This document shows positions 9,507-19,472 of a stretch of 64,000 nt of DNA, piece by piece. Each line of letters begins with the position of its first letter. The first letter of the stretch is position 1. This stretch comes from Chloroflexota bacterium. GTDB taxonomy: Bacteria; Chloroflexota; Limnocylindria; Limnocylindrales; CSP1-4. Location: the NCBI GenBank assembly GCA_021802585.1, contig JAJZRQ010000001.1:11234-75233 (forward strand), in the 5' to 3' direction. Below the pieces are notes generated by a model. It saw nothing but the letters and a program-made list of their open reading frames with translations. It was not told the DNA's origin and ran no database searches. The position numbers and the translations under genes are program-made.

Positions 9507-10445
9507 CTACTCGACGAGGCTCCGGCCGGTGAGCCGGAGGAAGACGTCCTCGAGCGACGAGCGCCGGACGAGGGTCATCTCCGGCCGGAGGCCGCGCGCA
9601 TACGCCTCGGCTCCTGCGGCCTCGCCGTCGGCGGTGTAGACGAGGACCCGGTCCGGGAGCCGCTCGACCCGGTCGCCGAGGCCGTCGAGCTGCCCGTCGA
9701 GGGTCTCCTGGACGCCGACGGGGAAGCGCATCTCGAGGACCTCGCGGGTCGAGTAGCGCTCCACGAGCTGCCGCGGACTCCCCTCGGCGACGATCTGGGC
9801 CTTGTCCATGACGACGAGGCGGTCGCAGAGCTGCTCGGCCTCGTCCATGTAGTGAGTCGTGAGGACGAGGGTCACACCCCGCTGCTTCAGGCGGTAGAGG
9901 CGGTCCCAGAGGAGGTGGCGGGCCTGCGGGTCGAGGCCCGTCGTCGGCTCGTCGAGGAGGAGGAGGTCGGGCTCGTTCACCAGGCTCCGGGCGATCGTGA
10001 GGCGGCGCTTCATCCCGCCCGAGAGCGGCTCCACCCGGTCGCCCGAGCGCTCGGCGAGCTGGACGAAATCGAGGAGCTCATCGACGCGCTGCCGGATGAC
10101 CGGCCGCGGCAGGTCGAAGTAGCGCCCGTAGATCGCGAGGTTCTCCCGGACGGTCAGCTCCATGTCCAGCGTGTCCTGCTGGGGGACCACACCGATCCGG
10201 GCCCGGATCCGGGGCCCGTCGGCGAGGGGGTCCATGCCGAGCACCCGGAGCGTGCCCGCGCTCACCGGCGAGACACAGGCGATCATCCGCATCGTGCTCG
10301 TCTTCCCCGCGCCGTTCGGGCCGAGGAAGCCGAACGACTCGCCGGGCGCGACGTCGAAGTCGATCGCGTCGACCGCCGTGAAGCCGCCGAACCGCTTCGT
10401 CAGGGCGCGCGCGTGGATGAGGGAGCCGCTCGGGGATGCCGCCAT
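9507..10445 (-). CDS. ABC exporter ATP-binding protein (NodI/DrrA-like)
   Basis: GPNGAGKTS, LSGGMKRR, LLLLDEPTTGLD, TTHYMDEA. Confidence 0.93.
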   Translation of the reverse strand: MAASPSGSLIHARALTKRFGGFTAVDAIDFDVAPGESFGFLGPNGAGKTSTMRMIACVSPVSAGTLRVLGMDPLADGPRIRARIGVVPQQDTLDMELTVRENLAIYGRYFDLPRPVIRQRVDELLDFVQLAERSGDRVEPLSGGMKRRLTIARSLVNEPDLLLLDEPTTGLDPQARHLLWDRLYRLKQRGVTLVLTTHYMDEAEQLCDRLVVMDKAQIVAEGSPRQLVERYSTREVLEMRFPVGVQETLDGQLDGLGDRVERLPDRVLVYTADGEAAGAEAYARGLRPEMTLVRRSSLEDVFLRLTGRSLVE

Positions 10446-10509
10446 GGGACGCGGAGTGTACCGCCCCGGCGGAGATGGCGAGGCCCGGGATGGAGCCCGG
10501 TCCGACGGG

Positions 10510-10540
10510 GCGAGGCCCGGGACGGAGCCCCGGGCCTCGC
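10510..10540 (-). terminator. GC-rich hairpin downstream of dnaK
   Basis: GCGAGGCCCGGG-N7-CCCGGGCCTCGC, 12-bp stem; no U tract. Confidence 0.5.
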
Positions 10541-10568
10541 GTCGGGACGGTGCCGCGGGGCGGTCCCG

Positions 10569-12497
10569 CTACACCTCCTTGAACTCGCCCTCGACGGTCT
10601 CGTCGTCGGCCGGGCCGCCGGTGCCGGCGCCGCCCTCGCCGGGCTCCCCGCCGGGCCCTGTGTCGCCGTCGGAACCCGGCGTGCCGGCGGCGGCGTACGC
10701 CGCCGCCCCGACCCGCTGGAGGATCTCGGCGAGCTCGGTGGCGCGCGCCTTCACGATGTCGACCGACTCGGTCTTGAGCGCGTTCCGGACGTCGCTGACC
10801 TTCCCCTCGACCGCCGCGCGGTCCTCGGCCGGGACCTTGTCGCCGAGGTCCTTGAGGGTCCGCTCCGCCTGGAACGTGAGGGCCTCGGCCTGGTTCCGGG
10901 CCTCGATCTCCTCGCGCCGCCGGCGGTCCTCGTCGGCGTGCTCGCCGGCCTCCCGGACCATCCGGTCGACGTCCTTCTTGTCGAGCATCGACGACGCCGT
11001 GATCGTGACCTTCTGCTCCTTGCCGGTCGCCCGGTCCTTCGCCCGGACCTCGACGATCCCGTTCGCGTCGATGTCGAACGCGACCTCGATCTGGGGCACG
11101 CCGCGCGGGGCCGGCGGGATCCCGTCGAGGATGAACTTCCCGAGCGTCTTGTTGTCCGCGGCGAACTCGCGCTCGCCCTGGAGGACGTGGATCTCCACCT
11201 GCGGCTGGTTGTCGGAGGCCGTCGAGAAGACCTGGGACTTGCTCGTCGGGATCGTCGTGTTCCGGTCGATGAGCCGGGTCATCACCCCGCCGAGGGTCTC
11301 GATCCCGAGGGAGAGCGGCGTCACGTCGAGGAGGAGGACGTCCTTCACGTCGCCGGCGAGGACGCCGGCCTGGATCGCGGCACCGACGGCGACGACCTCG
11401 TCCGGGTTCACGCCACGGTTCGGCTCCTTGCCCCCGAACATCGCCTTCACCGCCTCGATGACGGCCGGCATCCGGGTCATCCCGCCGACGAGGACGACCT
11501 CGTCGATCTCGGCCGCGGCGAGGCCCGCGTCGCGGATCGCCTGCTGGACGGGGCCCCGGGTCTTGTCGATGAGGTCGCCGACGAGGTCCTCGAGCTTCGC
11601 CCGGTTGAGGGTCATGACGAGGTGCTTGGGGCCGGAGGCGTCGGCCGTGATGTACGGGAGGTTGATCTCCGTCGACATCGCCGAGGAGAGCTCGATCTTC
11701 GCCTTCTCGGCGGCCTCCTTCACCCGGGAGAGGGCCTGGGGGTCGTTCCGGAGGTCGATCCCCTGGTCCTTCTTGAACTCGGCGAGGAGCCAGTCCATGA
11801 CCCGGATGTCGAAGTCGTCGCCACCGAGGTGGGTGTCGCCGTTCGTCGACTTCACCTCGAACACGCCCTCGCCGAGCTCGAGGATCGAGATGTCGAACGT
11901 GCCGCCGCCGAGGTCGTAGACCGCGATCTTCTCGTCGTGCTTCTTGTCGAGGCCGTAGGCGAGCGACGAAGCGGTCGGCTCGTTGATGATCCGCTTCACG
12001 TCGAGGCCGGCGATCCGGCCGGCGTCCTTCGTCGCCTGGCGCTGCGTGTCGTCGAAGTAGGCCGGGACGGTGATGACCGCCTCCGTCACCTTCTCGCCGA
12101 GGTACGCCTCCGCGTCGGCCTTCAGCTTCTGGAGGATCATCGCGCTGATCTCGGGCGGCGTGTAGCTGCGCCCCTCCCCGAGAGCGACCCGGATCCCGTC
12201 CGACTTCGCGTCCTTCTCCACCTTGAAGGGGACGAGCTCGCGGCTCCGCCGCACCTCCGGGTCGTCCCAGCGACGCCCCATGAAGCGCTTGATCGAGTAG
12301 ACGGTGTTCGCCGGGTTCGTCACCGCCTGGCGCTTCGCGAGCTGGCCGACGAGTCGCTCGCCGGTCTTCGTGAAGGCGACGACGGACGGGATCGTGCGCC
12401 CGCCCTCCGCCGACGCGATGACGGTGGGCTCGCCACCCTCCATGACGGCGACGACCGAGTTCGTCGTCCCGAGGTCGATGCCGATGATCTTGCCCAT
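10569..12497 (-). CDS. dnaK: chaperone DnaK (Hsp70)
   Basis: [33 protein letters not shown]-terminal VEGEFKEV. Confidence 0.99.
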   Translation of the reverse strand: MGKIIGIDLGTTNSVVAVMEGGEPTVIASAEGGRTIPSVVAFTKTGERLVGQLAKRQAVTNPANTVYSIKRFMGRRWDDPEVRRSRELVPFKVEKDAKSDGIRVALGEGRSYTPPEISAMILQKLKADAEAYLGEKVTEAVITVPAYFDDTQRQATKDAGRIAGLDVKRIINEPTASSLAYGLDKKHDEKIAVYDLGGGTFDISILELGEGVFEVKSTNGDTHLGGDDFDIRVMDWLLAEFKKDQGIDLRNDPQALSRVKEAAEKAKIELSSAMSTEINLPYITADASGPKHLVMTLNRAKLEDLVGDLIDKTRGPVQQAIRDAGLAAAEIDEVVLVGGMTRMPAVIEAVKAMFGGKEPNRGVNPDEVVAVGAAIQAGVLAGDVKDVLLLDVTPLSLGIETLGGVMTRLIDRNTTIPTSKSQVFSTASDNQPQVEIHVLQGEREFAADNKTLGKFILDGIPPAPRGVPQIEVAFDIDANGIVEVRAKDRATGKEQKVTITASSMLDKKDVDRMVREAGEHADEDRRRREEIEARNQAEALTFQAERTLKDLGDKVPAEDRAAVEGKVSDVRNALKTESVDIVKARATELAEILQRVGAAAYAAAGTPGSDGDTGPGGEPGEGGAGTGGPADDETVEGEFKEV

Positions 12498-12581
12498 CTG
12501 GGTGCGTGCTCCTCTTGCGGTTCGGGTGGGGCCCCGGGTGGCCGGGGGCCCGATTGGTTCGGTGGTGGACCCGCGGCGCCG

Positions 12582-13208
12582 TCAGCTCGTCCGGTCGGCC
12601 GGGGCCGGCGACCCGTCGCTGACGGCGACGAGCGACGGCCGGAGGACGCGGTCGCGGAGACGGTAGCCGCGGCGGATCTCGGCGACGACCTCGTTCTCGG
12701 GCCGGCCGGTGCCGGGGACGTGGGCCGCCGCCTCGTGGACGTGGGGGTCGAACGGCAGCCCGAGCGCCTCGATCAGCGTGACGCCCTCGCTCTCGAGGAG
12801 GGTCCGGAGCTTCCGGTCGATCGCGGCGATTCCCTCGAGCCAGGGGGTCGCGCGCGCCTCGTCGGGGACGTGCTCGATCGCCCGGTCGAAGTCGTCGGCG
12901 AGGGTGACGACCTTGCCGAGGAGGAGCTCGTTCGCGAGCCCGAGGGCCGCCTCCCGCTCCTCGGCGGTGCGCCGGCGGAGGTTCGCGTAGTCGGCCGCGG
13001 CGCGCTGGGCGAGGGCGAGGTGCTCGTCGGCCTTCGCGAGCGCCGCGTCGCGCTCGGCGCCAAGGGCCTCGATCCGGGCGAGGAGCGCCGTCGGGCTCGT
13101 GTCGAGCTCGGCGATCCGCTCCTCGGCGCGGGTCCGGTGGTGGCGCGGGGCGTGCTCCGCGGGCTCCGGCGACGGCGGGGCGGCGGGGCGGTCGGGCGGG
13201 GTCGGCAT
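12582..13208 (-). CDS. grpE: nucleotide exchange factor GrpE
   Basis: AADYANLRRR, DDFDRA, FDPHVHEA, GYRLRDRVLRPSLVAV; AAGGA SD before ATG 13208 (alternative GTG 13229). Confidence 0.95.
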   Translation of the reverse strand: MPTPPDRPAAPPSPEPAEHAPRHHRTRAEERIAELDTSPTALLARIEALGAERDAALAKADEHLALAQRAAADYANLRRRTAEEREAALGLANELLLGKVVTLADDFDRAIEHVPDEARATPWLEGIAAIDRKLRTLLESEGVTLIEALGLPFDPHVHEAAAHVPGTGRPENEVVAEIRRGYRLRDRVLRPSLVAVSDGSPAPADRTS

Positions 13209-13225
13209 GCGGTCGTCCTTCGCGG

Positions 13226-14299
13226 TCACGAGTAGAGGTGGTCGACGAGGTCGTTCATGAGCCCGGAGACGAAGCGGACGGTGCCGATCGCCAGGGGGTA
13301 GCGGAGGCGCGTCGGACCGAGGACGCCGACGACGCCGACCGCGGAGCCGGGCCGGCCGTACGGGGCGAGGACGAGGGCGACGTCGGCCATCTCGACCGTC
13401 CGGTTCTCGCCGCCGATGAAGACGCGGAGGTCGCCGGCGCGCGTCACGTCCTCGATGAGCTCGCCGAGGTAGCGGCGGTCCTCGAGGGCGGCGAAGACCC
13501 GCCGGAGCTTCTCCGAGGCCGCGAACTCCGGCTCGGCCATGACGTGGAGGAGCCCGTCGCTGAAGAGCTGCTCGACGGTCGTCGCGTCGAACTCGCGGAG
13601 GATCCGGAGGGCCCGCTCGCCGGCCCGCCGGACGAGGGCGAAGACGGGGTCGTCGGCCGGGGCGTCCTCGAACCAGCGGAGGCGCTCGGCGAGGTCGGCG
13701 GCGGTGAGCCCGCTGCAGCTCCGGTTCAGGCGCGCCGCGGCCTCCGCGAGCTCGTCGTCCGTCGTCCCGGGCTCGATCGCGAGGAGCGCCTGCTTGACGG
13801 ACCCTTCGTTGAGGACGACGACGAGGCTCGCCATCCGTTCCGCGATCCCGACGATCTCGGCGCGGCGGATCCGGACCGCGCGCGGCTTCGCCGGCGTGGC
13901 GATGCCGGCGGCGTGCGTCGCGGAGGCGAGCGTCGACGCCGCGAGGCGGAACCACTGGTCGGTCGCGAACTCGACCTGCCCGAACTGGTGGCGGATCGTG
14001 AGCTGCTCGATCGCCGGGAGCGCCATCTCGCCGACGAGCGACTCGACGTAGAAGCGGTAGCCGGCGTCGGTCGGGACGCGGCCGGCGGACGTGTGCGGGT
14101 GGCCGAGGAAGCCCGACGTCTCGAGCTCGGCGAGGACCGTGCGGACGGTCGCCGAGCTCACGCCGAGGCGGTACCGATCGACGAGCCGCTGCGATCCCAC
14201 CGGCGTCGCCGTCGTGACGTAATCATCGATGACGGCCCGCAAGATCGCCTGCGCCCGGGCGTCGAGCGGTCCGCTGCTGCGGCGGACTCCTCGCGCCAC
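13226..14299 (-). CDS. hrcA: heat-inducible transcription repressor HrcA
   Basis: PVGS, VSSATVR, PHTSAGRVPTDAGYRFYV, GVLGPTR. Confidence 0.97.
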   Translation of the reverse strand: MARGVRRSSGPLDARAQAILRAVIDDYVTTATPVGSQRLVDRYRLGVSSATVRTVLAELETSGFLGHPHTSAGRVPTDAGYRFYVESLVGEMALPAIEQLTIRHQFGQVEFATDQWFRLAASTLASATHAAGIATPAKPRAVRIRRAEIVGIAERMASLVVVLNEGSVKQALLAIEPGTTDDELAEAAARLNRSCSGLTAADLAERLRWFEDAPADDPVFALVRRAGERALRILREFDATTVEQLFSDGLLHVMAEPEFAASEKLRRVFAALEDRRYLGELIEDVTRAGDLRVFIGGENRTVEMADVALVLAPYGRPGSAVGVVGVLGPTRLRYPLAIGTVRFVSGLMNDLVDHLYS

Positions 14300-14350
14300 G
14301 GCACGGCTCCTTCCTGCAGGCGGATGCGATCGTGCGCCGCCCCGCCTCGA

Positions 14351-14377
14351 CTAGCACTCGCTTAGCGAGAGTGCTAA
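14351..14377 (-). promoter_or_regulatory. CIRCE operator 1
   Basis: Minus strand TTAGCACTC-N9-GAGTGCTAG, 17/18 match to TTAGCACTC-N9-GAGTGCTAA, upstream of hrcA. Confidence 0.95.
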
Positions 14378-14390
14378 CCGGAATGGCCGA

Positions 14391-14420
14391 ATCCTAGCAG
14401 TCTGCCCGCGCGAGTGTCAA
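14391..14420 (-). promoter_or_regulatory. sigma70-type hrcA promoter overlapped by a second, degenerate CIRCE
   Basis: -35 TTGACA (14415-14420), 18 bp, TGc-TAGGAT -10 (14391-14396); TTGACACTC-N9-GACTGCTAG at 14394-14420. Confidence 0.8.
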
Positions 14421-14525
14421 CAATCCGGGCGCCGTGGGAGCGGCCGTCGTCCGTCGTGGCCTTCGCCCCGGGGCCGGGCGCCCGCGCCGTCGGGGCCGGT
14501 CGGCAGCCGCGCCGCGGCGGGCGGC

Positions 14526-15782
14526 CTACACGAGCCGGCCGAAGAGCTCGTTCGAGAGGAGCCTCCCACGGAGCGTCAGGCGCACCCGGGCCTCCGGGGC
14601 GTCCTCGACGAGGCCCGCCTCGTGGGCCCAGGCGAGGATGTCCGCGCGCGCGAGGGCCTGCTCCCGCGGGACGCCGTGCGCGGTCCGCAGCCCGAGGAAG
14701 AGCTCCTCCGCCGCGGCGGTCCCCGCGTCGAGCGACTCCGACCCGCCGGGCGGGAGGGCCGGCGGGCTCCCGTCGGCCGGGGCGAGCGCCGCCAGCCAGC
14801 CCTCGAGGCGCGCGGCGTTCCAGCGGCGGATGACGCCGTCGAAGGCGTGCGCCCCGGGTCCCGCGGCCTCGTACGGGCGGCGCTGCCAGTACGCGAGGTT
14901 GTGGCGGCTCTCGTGCCCGGGCGCCGCCCAGTTCGAGAGCTCGTACCACGGCAGCCCCGCGCCCGCGAGGGCGGCGTCGGCGAGCGCGTACGCGGCCGCG
15001 GCCCGGTCCTCGTCCTGGCGCGGCCGGGCGCGGTCGCGCCAGCGGCGGGCGCCGGGGAGCGTCGGGAGATGGTCGCCGCCGGGCCCGGTGAGGCCCTCGG
15101 CATCCGGATCGTCGAGGGTGAGGGCATAGCACGAGACGTGGTCGGGGTGCAGCTCGAGCGCCCCCTCGAGCGTCGCCGCCCACGTCGCGAGGCGCTGGTC
15201 GGGGAGGTCGTAGAGCAGGTCGAGGCTGACGAGCGGGATCCCCGCTTCGCGCGCGGCCGCGACCGCGTCCCCGACGTCCGCCGCGCGGTGCCGCCGCCCG
15301 AGGGCCCGGAGCTCCGCGTCGTCGAGGCTCTGCGCGCCGAGCGAGAGGCGCGTCACCCCGGCGGCCGCGAAGCCGGCGAGGTCGCCCCGGTCGTCCGGGC
15401 CGGGGTTCGCCTCGAGGGTCACCTCCGCGTCGGCGGCGAGGCCGAACCGCCGGTGGACCCGCGCCACGAGCGCCGCGACGTCGTGGGCCCGGAGGAGCGA
15501 CGGCGTGCCGCCGCCGAGGTAAAGGGACGCGAGGGCGGGCCGACCGGTGGCTCCCGGCGGCCCGAACGCCGCGTCGAGCGCGTCGGCGCGAAGGTCGATC
15601 TCGCGCCCGAGGGCGTCGACGAACGCCTCGACCCGGCTTCGGCGGCCGACGGCGTCGGCCCCCGCGTACACGACGAAGTCGCAGTACGGGCAGAGCGAGC
15701 GGCAGAACGGGACGTGGAGGTAGAGCGCGACCGGCGGACGGCGCGCGGCGGTGGCCCCGGGGCCCGCGCCGGCGGCGGTCAC
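14526..15782 (-). CDS. hemW: radical SAM heme chaperone HemW (HemN-like)
   Basis: LYLHVPFCRSLCPYCDF, YLGGGTPS, TLEANP, YELSNWA, SRHNLAYW; between lepA and hrcA; GTG overlaps upstream stop. Confidence 0.9.
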   Translation of the reverse strand: MTAAGAGPGATAARRPPVALYLHVPFCRSLCPYCDFVVYAGADAVGRRSRVEAFVDALGREIDLRADALDAAFGPPGATGRPALASLYLGGGTPSLLRAHDVAALVARVHRRFGLAADAEVTLEANPGPDDRGDLAGFAAAGVTRLSLGAQSLDDAELRALGRRHRAADVGDAVAAAREAGIPLVSLDLLYDLPDQRLATWAATLEGALELHPDHVSCYALTLDDPDAEGLTGPGGDHLPTLPGARRWRDRARPRQDEDRAAAAYALADAALAGAGLPWYELSNWAAPGHESRHNLAYWQRRPYEAAGPGAHAFDGVIRRWNAARLEGWLAALAPADGSPPALPPGGSESLDAGTAAAEELFLGLRTAHGVPREQALARADILAWAHEAGLVEDAPEARVRLTLRGRLLSNELFGRLV

Positions 15783-16552
15783 GACCGGGCGCCTCCGCCG
15801 CCGTCCGGGCGGTCGAGGGAGTGCCAGCCGGGCGGCGCCTGCCGGTATTCCCACGACTCCTCGACCTCCTCGCCGCGGAGCGCTGGCCGCCCCGCGTGGC
15901 CGGTCGTGACGAAGACGGCGATCCGGGTGACCGCGTGGGCGAGGAACGACGCCCCGATCGCGCCGGTGAGGACGGTGAGCCACCCGCCGAACAGCCCGAT
16001 CCCGAGGGTCAGGGCGAGCATGTAGCGCGAGCGGCCCGGCGCGCCGGTGCGGGTCGCGAGGGCGTAGAGGAGGGCCTGGATGACGACGGCCGGGAGGGGG
16101 TCGAGGCCGCCGAGGAGGAGCATCCCGAGGATCGCGCCCCGGAAGGCCGCCTCGTCGAGGAAGGCGGTCCCCACCGCGTTGAGGACGGCCCCGGGGTACG
16201 TCCAGGCGGGCGGGAAGCGGATCCGGCCGTACCGGTACGTCGCGAACGCGGCGGCCTGGAGCGTCCCGAGCGCCGCGCCGGCGAACCCGAGGACGATCGC
16301 CCGCCCGCGGTCGCCGAGCCCGAGCCCGAGGTCGCCGGCGGGGTCGGGGTGGACGAGGAGGAGCGCCGCGACGAGGCCGAGGCCGAGGACGTACCAGCTG
16401 AGGCGCCGGAGGAGCGGGGCGCCGCGCCCGTCGCGGGCGGGCTCGTCGAACTCCGCGGCCCCGAACGTCTCCGCCTCGAGCCGGAGGAGGACGAGGAGGA
16501 GGGTGATCGCGAGGGCGAGGAGGGCGCGGAGCGGATGGACCCACTCCTCCAC
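15779..16552 (-). CDS. CPBP (CAAX/Abi) family intramembrane metalloprotease-like protein
   Basis: Multiple TM helices, DEAAFRG (variant of EExxFRG), C-terminal AH motif. Confidence 0.75.
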   Translation of the reverse strand: MEEWVHPLRALLALAITLLLVLLRLEAETFGAAEFDEPARDGRGAPLLRRLSWYVLGLGLVAALLLVHPDPAGDLGLGLGDRGRAIVLGFAGAALGTLQAAAFATYRYGRIRFPPAWTYPGAVLNAVGTAFLDEAAFRGAILGMLLLGGLDPLPAVVIQALLYALATRTGAPGRSRYMLALTLGIGLFGGWLTVLTGAIGASFLAHAVTRIAVFVTTGHAGRPALRGEEVEESWEYRQAPPGWHSLDRPDGGGGARS

Positions 16553-16553
16553 G

Positions 16554-18368
16554 TCAGGAGCCCTCGCCCACCGTGAGGACCGCGAGGAAGGCCTCCTGCG
16601 GGATCTCCACCGATCCGACGCGCTTCATCCGCTGCTTGCCTTCCTTCTGCTTCTCGAGCAGCTTCCGCTTGCGGGTGATGTCGCCACCGTAGCACTTGGC
16701 GAGGACGTTCTTGCGCATCGCCCGGATCGTCTCCCGGGCGACGACGTTCGAGCCGATCGCCGCCTGGACCGGGACCTCGAACATCTGGCGGGGGATGAGC
16801 TCCTTCAGCTTCGCCGCGAGGGCCCGGCCCACGGCCTGCGCCTTGTCGCGGTGGACGATCATCGAGAGCGCGTCGACCGGCTCGCCGTTCACGAGGACGT
16901 CGAGCTTCACGAGCCGGGCCTCGCGGTAGCCCGCCTCCTCGTAGTCCATCGAGGCGTAGCCCTGGCTCCGGCTCTTCAGCTGGTCGAAGTAGTCGACGAT
17001 GAGCTCGGCGAGGGGCATGTCGAACGAGAGGAGGACCCGCTGCGGGTCGAGGTACTCCATCGTCCGGAACGTGCCCCGCCGGGTCGTCGACAGCTCCATG
17101 AGCGAGCCGATGTAGGCGCTCGGGGTGATGACGGAGAGGGCGACCCACGGCTCCTCGATCGTCTCGATCTCGCCGGCCGGCGGCATGAGCGCCGGGTTGT
17201 CGACGACGACGACCCCCTTCCCGTGGAGGGGCGTGACCCGGTACTCGACGGACGGCGCCGAGGCGATGAGGTCGAGGCCGAACTCGCGCTCGAGGCGCTC
17301 CTGGACGATCTCCATGTGGAGGAGCCCGAGGAATCCGCAGCGGAACCCGAAGCCGAGGGCGACCGAGCTCTCCGGCTCGAACGTGAAGCTCGCGTCGTTG
17401 AGGTGGAGCTTCTCCATCGCGTCCCGGAGGAGCGGGTAGTCCTCGCCGGAGATCGGGTAGATCCCCGCGAAGACGAGGCTCTTCGCCGCCTGGTAGCCGG
17501 GCAGCGGGACCGGCGCCGGCGCGGCCGCGTTCGTCACCGTGTCGCCGACCTGGGCGTCCCGGACGCTCTTGAGGCCGGTGGCGATGTAGCCGACCTCCCC
17601 GGCGGTCAGGAGCTTCACCGGCACGAGCTGCGGCCGGAAGACGCCGAGCTCGAGGATGTCGGCCTCGGCGCCCGAGCCCATGAGGCGGATGCGCTCGTGC
17701 TCGTGAAGCGTCCCGGCGGCCAGCCGCACGTACGTCACGACGCCCTTGTACTGGTCGTAGTGCGAGTCGAACACGAGGCCCTGGAGCGGGGCGGACGGGC
17801 TCCCCTGCGGCGGCGGGATCCGGTGGACGATCGCCTCGAGGATCTCGGGGACGCCGGTCCCCTCCTTCGCGGAGGCGAGGATCACCTCCTCGCGGGGGAT
17901 CGCCAGGACGTTCTCCAGCTCCTCGATGACGACGTCGGGCTGGGCCGACGGGAGGTCGATCTTGTTGACGACCGGGATGATCACGAGGTCCTGGCGGAGC
18001 GCGAGGTGGACGTTCGCGAGCGTCTGGGCCTCGATCCCCTGGGCGGCATCGACGACGAGGATCGCGCCCTCGCAGGCCTGGAGGCTGCGGCTCACCTCGT
18101 AGCTGAAGTCGACGTGGCCGGGCGTGTCGATGAGGTTCAGCCCGTACAGCAGCCCGTCCTCGGCCGTGTGCTCGAGGCGCACGGCCCGGGCCTTGATCGT
18201 GATCCCCTTCTCCCGCTCCAGGTCCATCGAGTCGAGGACCTGGCTCGTCATCTGCCGGGGGTCGATCGTGTGCGTCAGCTCGAGGAGGCGGTCCGCCAGC
18301 GTCGACTTCCCATGGTCGATGTGGGCGATGATCGAGAAGTTGCGCAGCCGTTCCTGGGGGATCGTCAC
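16554..18368 (-). CDS. lepA: elongation factor 4 (LepA)
   Basis: [56 protein letters not shown]. Confidence 0.98.
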   Translation of the reverse strand: MTIPQERLRNFSIIAHIDHGKSTLADRLLELTHTIDPRQMTSQVLDSMDLEREKGITIKARAVRLEHTAEDGLLYGLNLIDTPGHVDFSYEVSRSLQACEGAILVVDAAQGIEAQTLANVHLALRQDLVIIPVVNKIDLPSAQPDVVIEELENVLAIPREEVILASAKEGTGVPEILEAIVHRIPPPQGSPSAPLQGLVFDSHYDQYKGVVTYVRLAAGTLHEHERIRLMGSGAEADILELGVFRPQLVPVKLLTAGEVGYIATGLKSVRDAQVGDTVTNAAAPAPVPLPGYQAAKSLVFAGIYPISGEDYPLLRDAMEKLHLNDASFTFEPESSVALGFGFRCGFLGLLHMEIVQERLEREFGLDLIASAPSVEYRVTPLHGKGVVVVDNPALMPPAGEIETIEEPWVALSVITPSAYIGSLMELSTTRRGTFRTMEYLDPQRVLLSFDMPLAELIVDYFDQLKSRSQGYASMDYEEAGYREARLVKLDVLVNGEPVDALSMIVHRDKAQAVGRALAAKLKELIPRQMFEVPVQAAIGSNVVARETIRAMRKNVLAKCYGGDITRKRKLLEKQKEGKQRMKRVGSVEIPQEAFLAVLTVGEGS

Positions 18369-18616
18369 GACGCAGGAGTGTAGCGGGGATGGCGCCGCGC
18401 GCCGAGACACCGCGCGCCGAGATGGGGGTCGCGCGCCCCGGTCGCAACGAAGACCCGCCGTGACCGCGACAGGGAAACGAGACGGCGACACGCGCGCCGG
18501 CGACCGGGGGAGGTGATCTGGTACCATTCGCGGTCGCGCCGTCGCGGTGTCCTCTCCCGCTGCGCCGCCCCGAACCAACCGTCCATCCTCCGACACCCTA
18601 GAGGACCGACAGAACC

Positions 18617-19360
18617 GTGGCTCATTCTCCCCGCGGCTGGACCGGCGCGCGGACGCCGTCCGGGAAGAAGCGGGTTCGCCAGGCCGAGCGGCGCGCCGCG
18701 ATCAACGGCCCCCGCGTCTCCAAGGCCAAGACCCTCGTTTCCAAGGCCGTGAAGGTCGCCGCCGGGCAGGCGGAGGGCGACGCGACCGTCGCCCTCGCCG
18801 AGGCGTACGCGGCGCTCGACAAGGCCGCGAAGGCCGGGGCGATCCATCCGAACGCCGCGGCGCGCCGGAAGTCGCGCCTCGCGCTCAAGGTCGGGGCCGC
18901 CCTCGCCGGCGCCGCCGTCCAGACGGGCGCCCGGGCGACGAAGACGACCGGCACGGCCGCGGCCGCGAAGGCCGCGAAGGCCCGGATCGCCGCCGGCAAG
19001 GCCGAGAAGGCGAAGGGCGCCCAGACGGCCGCCGGCAAGGCCCGCGCAGCGCTCGCGAAGGCGGGTCGCGCCGAGGCCGAGGCCGCCCGGGCGAAGGCCG
19101 CCGCGGCGGAGGTCGCGCCGAAGGCGCGGGCTTCCCGGGCGAAGGCCGCCGTTCCGGCGGATGCCGCCGCCAAGGCGCCCGCGACCAAGGCACCGGCGAA
19201 GGCCGCCGCGAAGCCGGCAGCGAAGGCGCCGGCCGCCAAGGCGACGACCGGCAAGGCACCGGCGAAGGCCGCCGCGAAGCCGGCAGCGAAGGCGCCGGCC
19301 GCCAAGGCGACGACCGGCAAGGCCCCCGCGAAGAAGGCACCGACGAAGAAGCCGGAGTAG
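18617..19360 (+). CDS. rpsT: 30S ribosomal protein S20 with long Ala/Lys/Pro-rich C-terminal extension
   Basis: [10 protein letters not shown]...[23 protein letters not shown]; divergent from lepA; about 150-aa PAKAAAK tail. Confidence 0.9.
   Translation: MAHSPRGWTGARTPSGKKRVRQAERRAAINGPRVSKAKTLVSKAVKVAAGQAEGDATVALAEAYAALDKAAKAGAIHPNAAARRKSRLALKVGAALAGAAVQTGARATKTTGTAAAAKAAKARIAAGKAEKAKGAQTAAGKARAALAKAGRAEAEAARAKAAAAEVAPKARASRAKAAVPADAAAKAPATKAPAKAAAKPAAKAPAAKATTGKAPAKAAAKPAAKAPAAKATTGKAPAKKAPTKKPE
19187..19318 (+). repeat. exact 66-bp tandem duplication in rpsT tail ([22 protein letters not shown] x2)
   Basis: Units 19187-19252 and 19253-19318 are identical. Confidence 0.9.
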
Positions 19361-19395
19361 CCCGCCCGGGCCTGCCCGGATCCGCCGCCGCTCCC

Positions 19396-19422
19396 CGACC
19401 CCGGGTCTCGCGCCCGGGGTCG
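19396..19422 (+). terminator. hairpin after rpsT
   Basis: CGACCCCGGG-N7-CCCGGGGTCG. Confidence 0.5.
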
Positions 19423-19472
19423 CTCGTTCCCGCCGCCCGTTCGCCGGGCCGATCGCTCGATAGACTCCGCTC

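Noticed and set aside
7857..10445. Maltose importer for the GH13 enzyme, or true nodIJ
   Set aside because: ABC-2 exporter signatures, no solute-binding protein, no nod genes.
9852..13235. 1127-aa plus-strand ORF and similar giant ORFs (34609-38811, 52946-55465, 58574-61294, 29656-33411)
   Set aside because: Antisense or out-of-frame shadows of dnaK, dnaE2, leuS, pat and the LTD gene; stop codons are scarce at this GC content.
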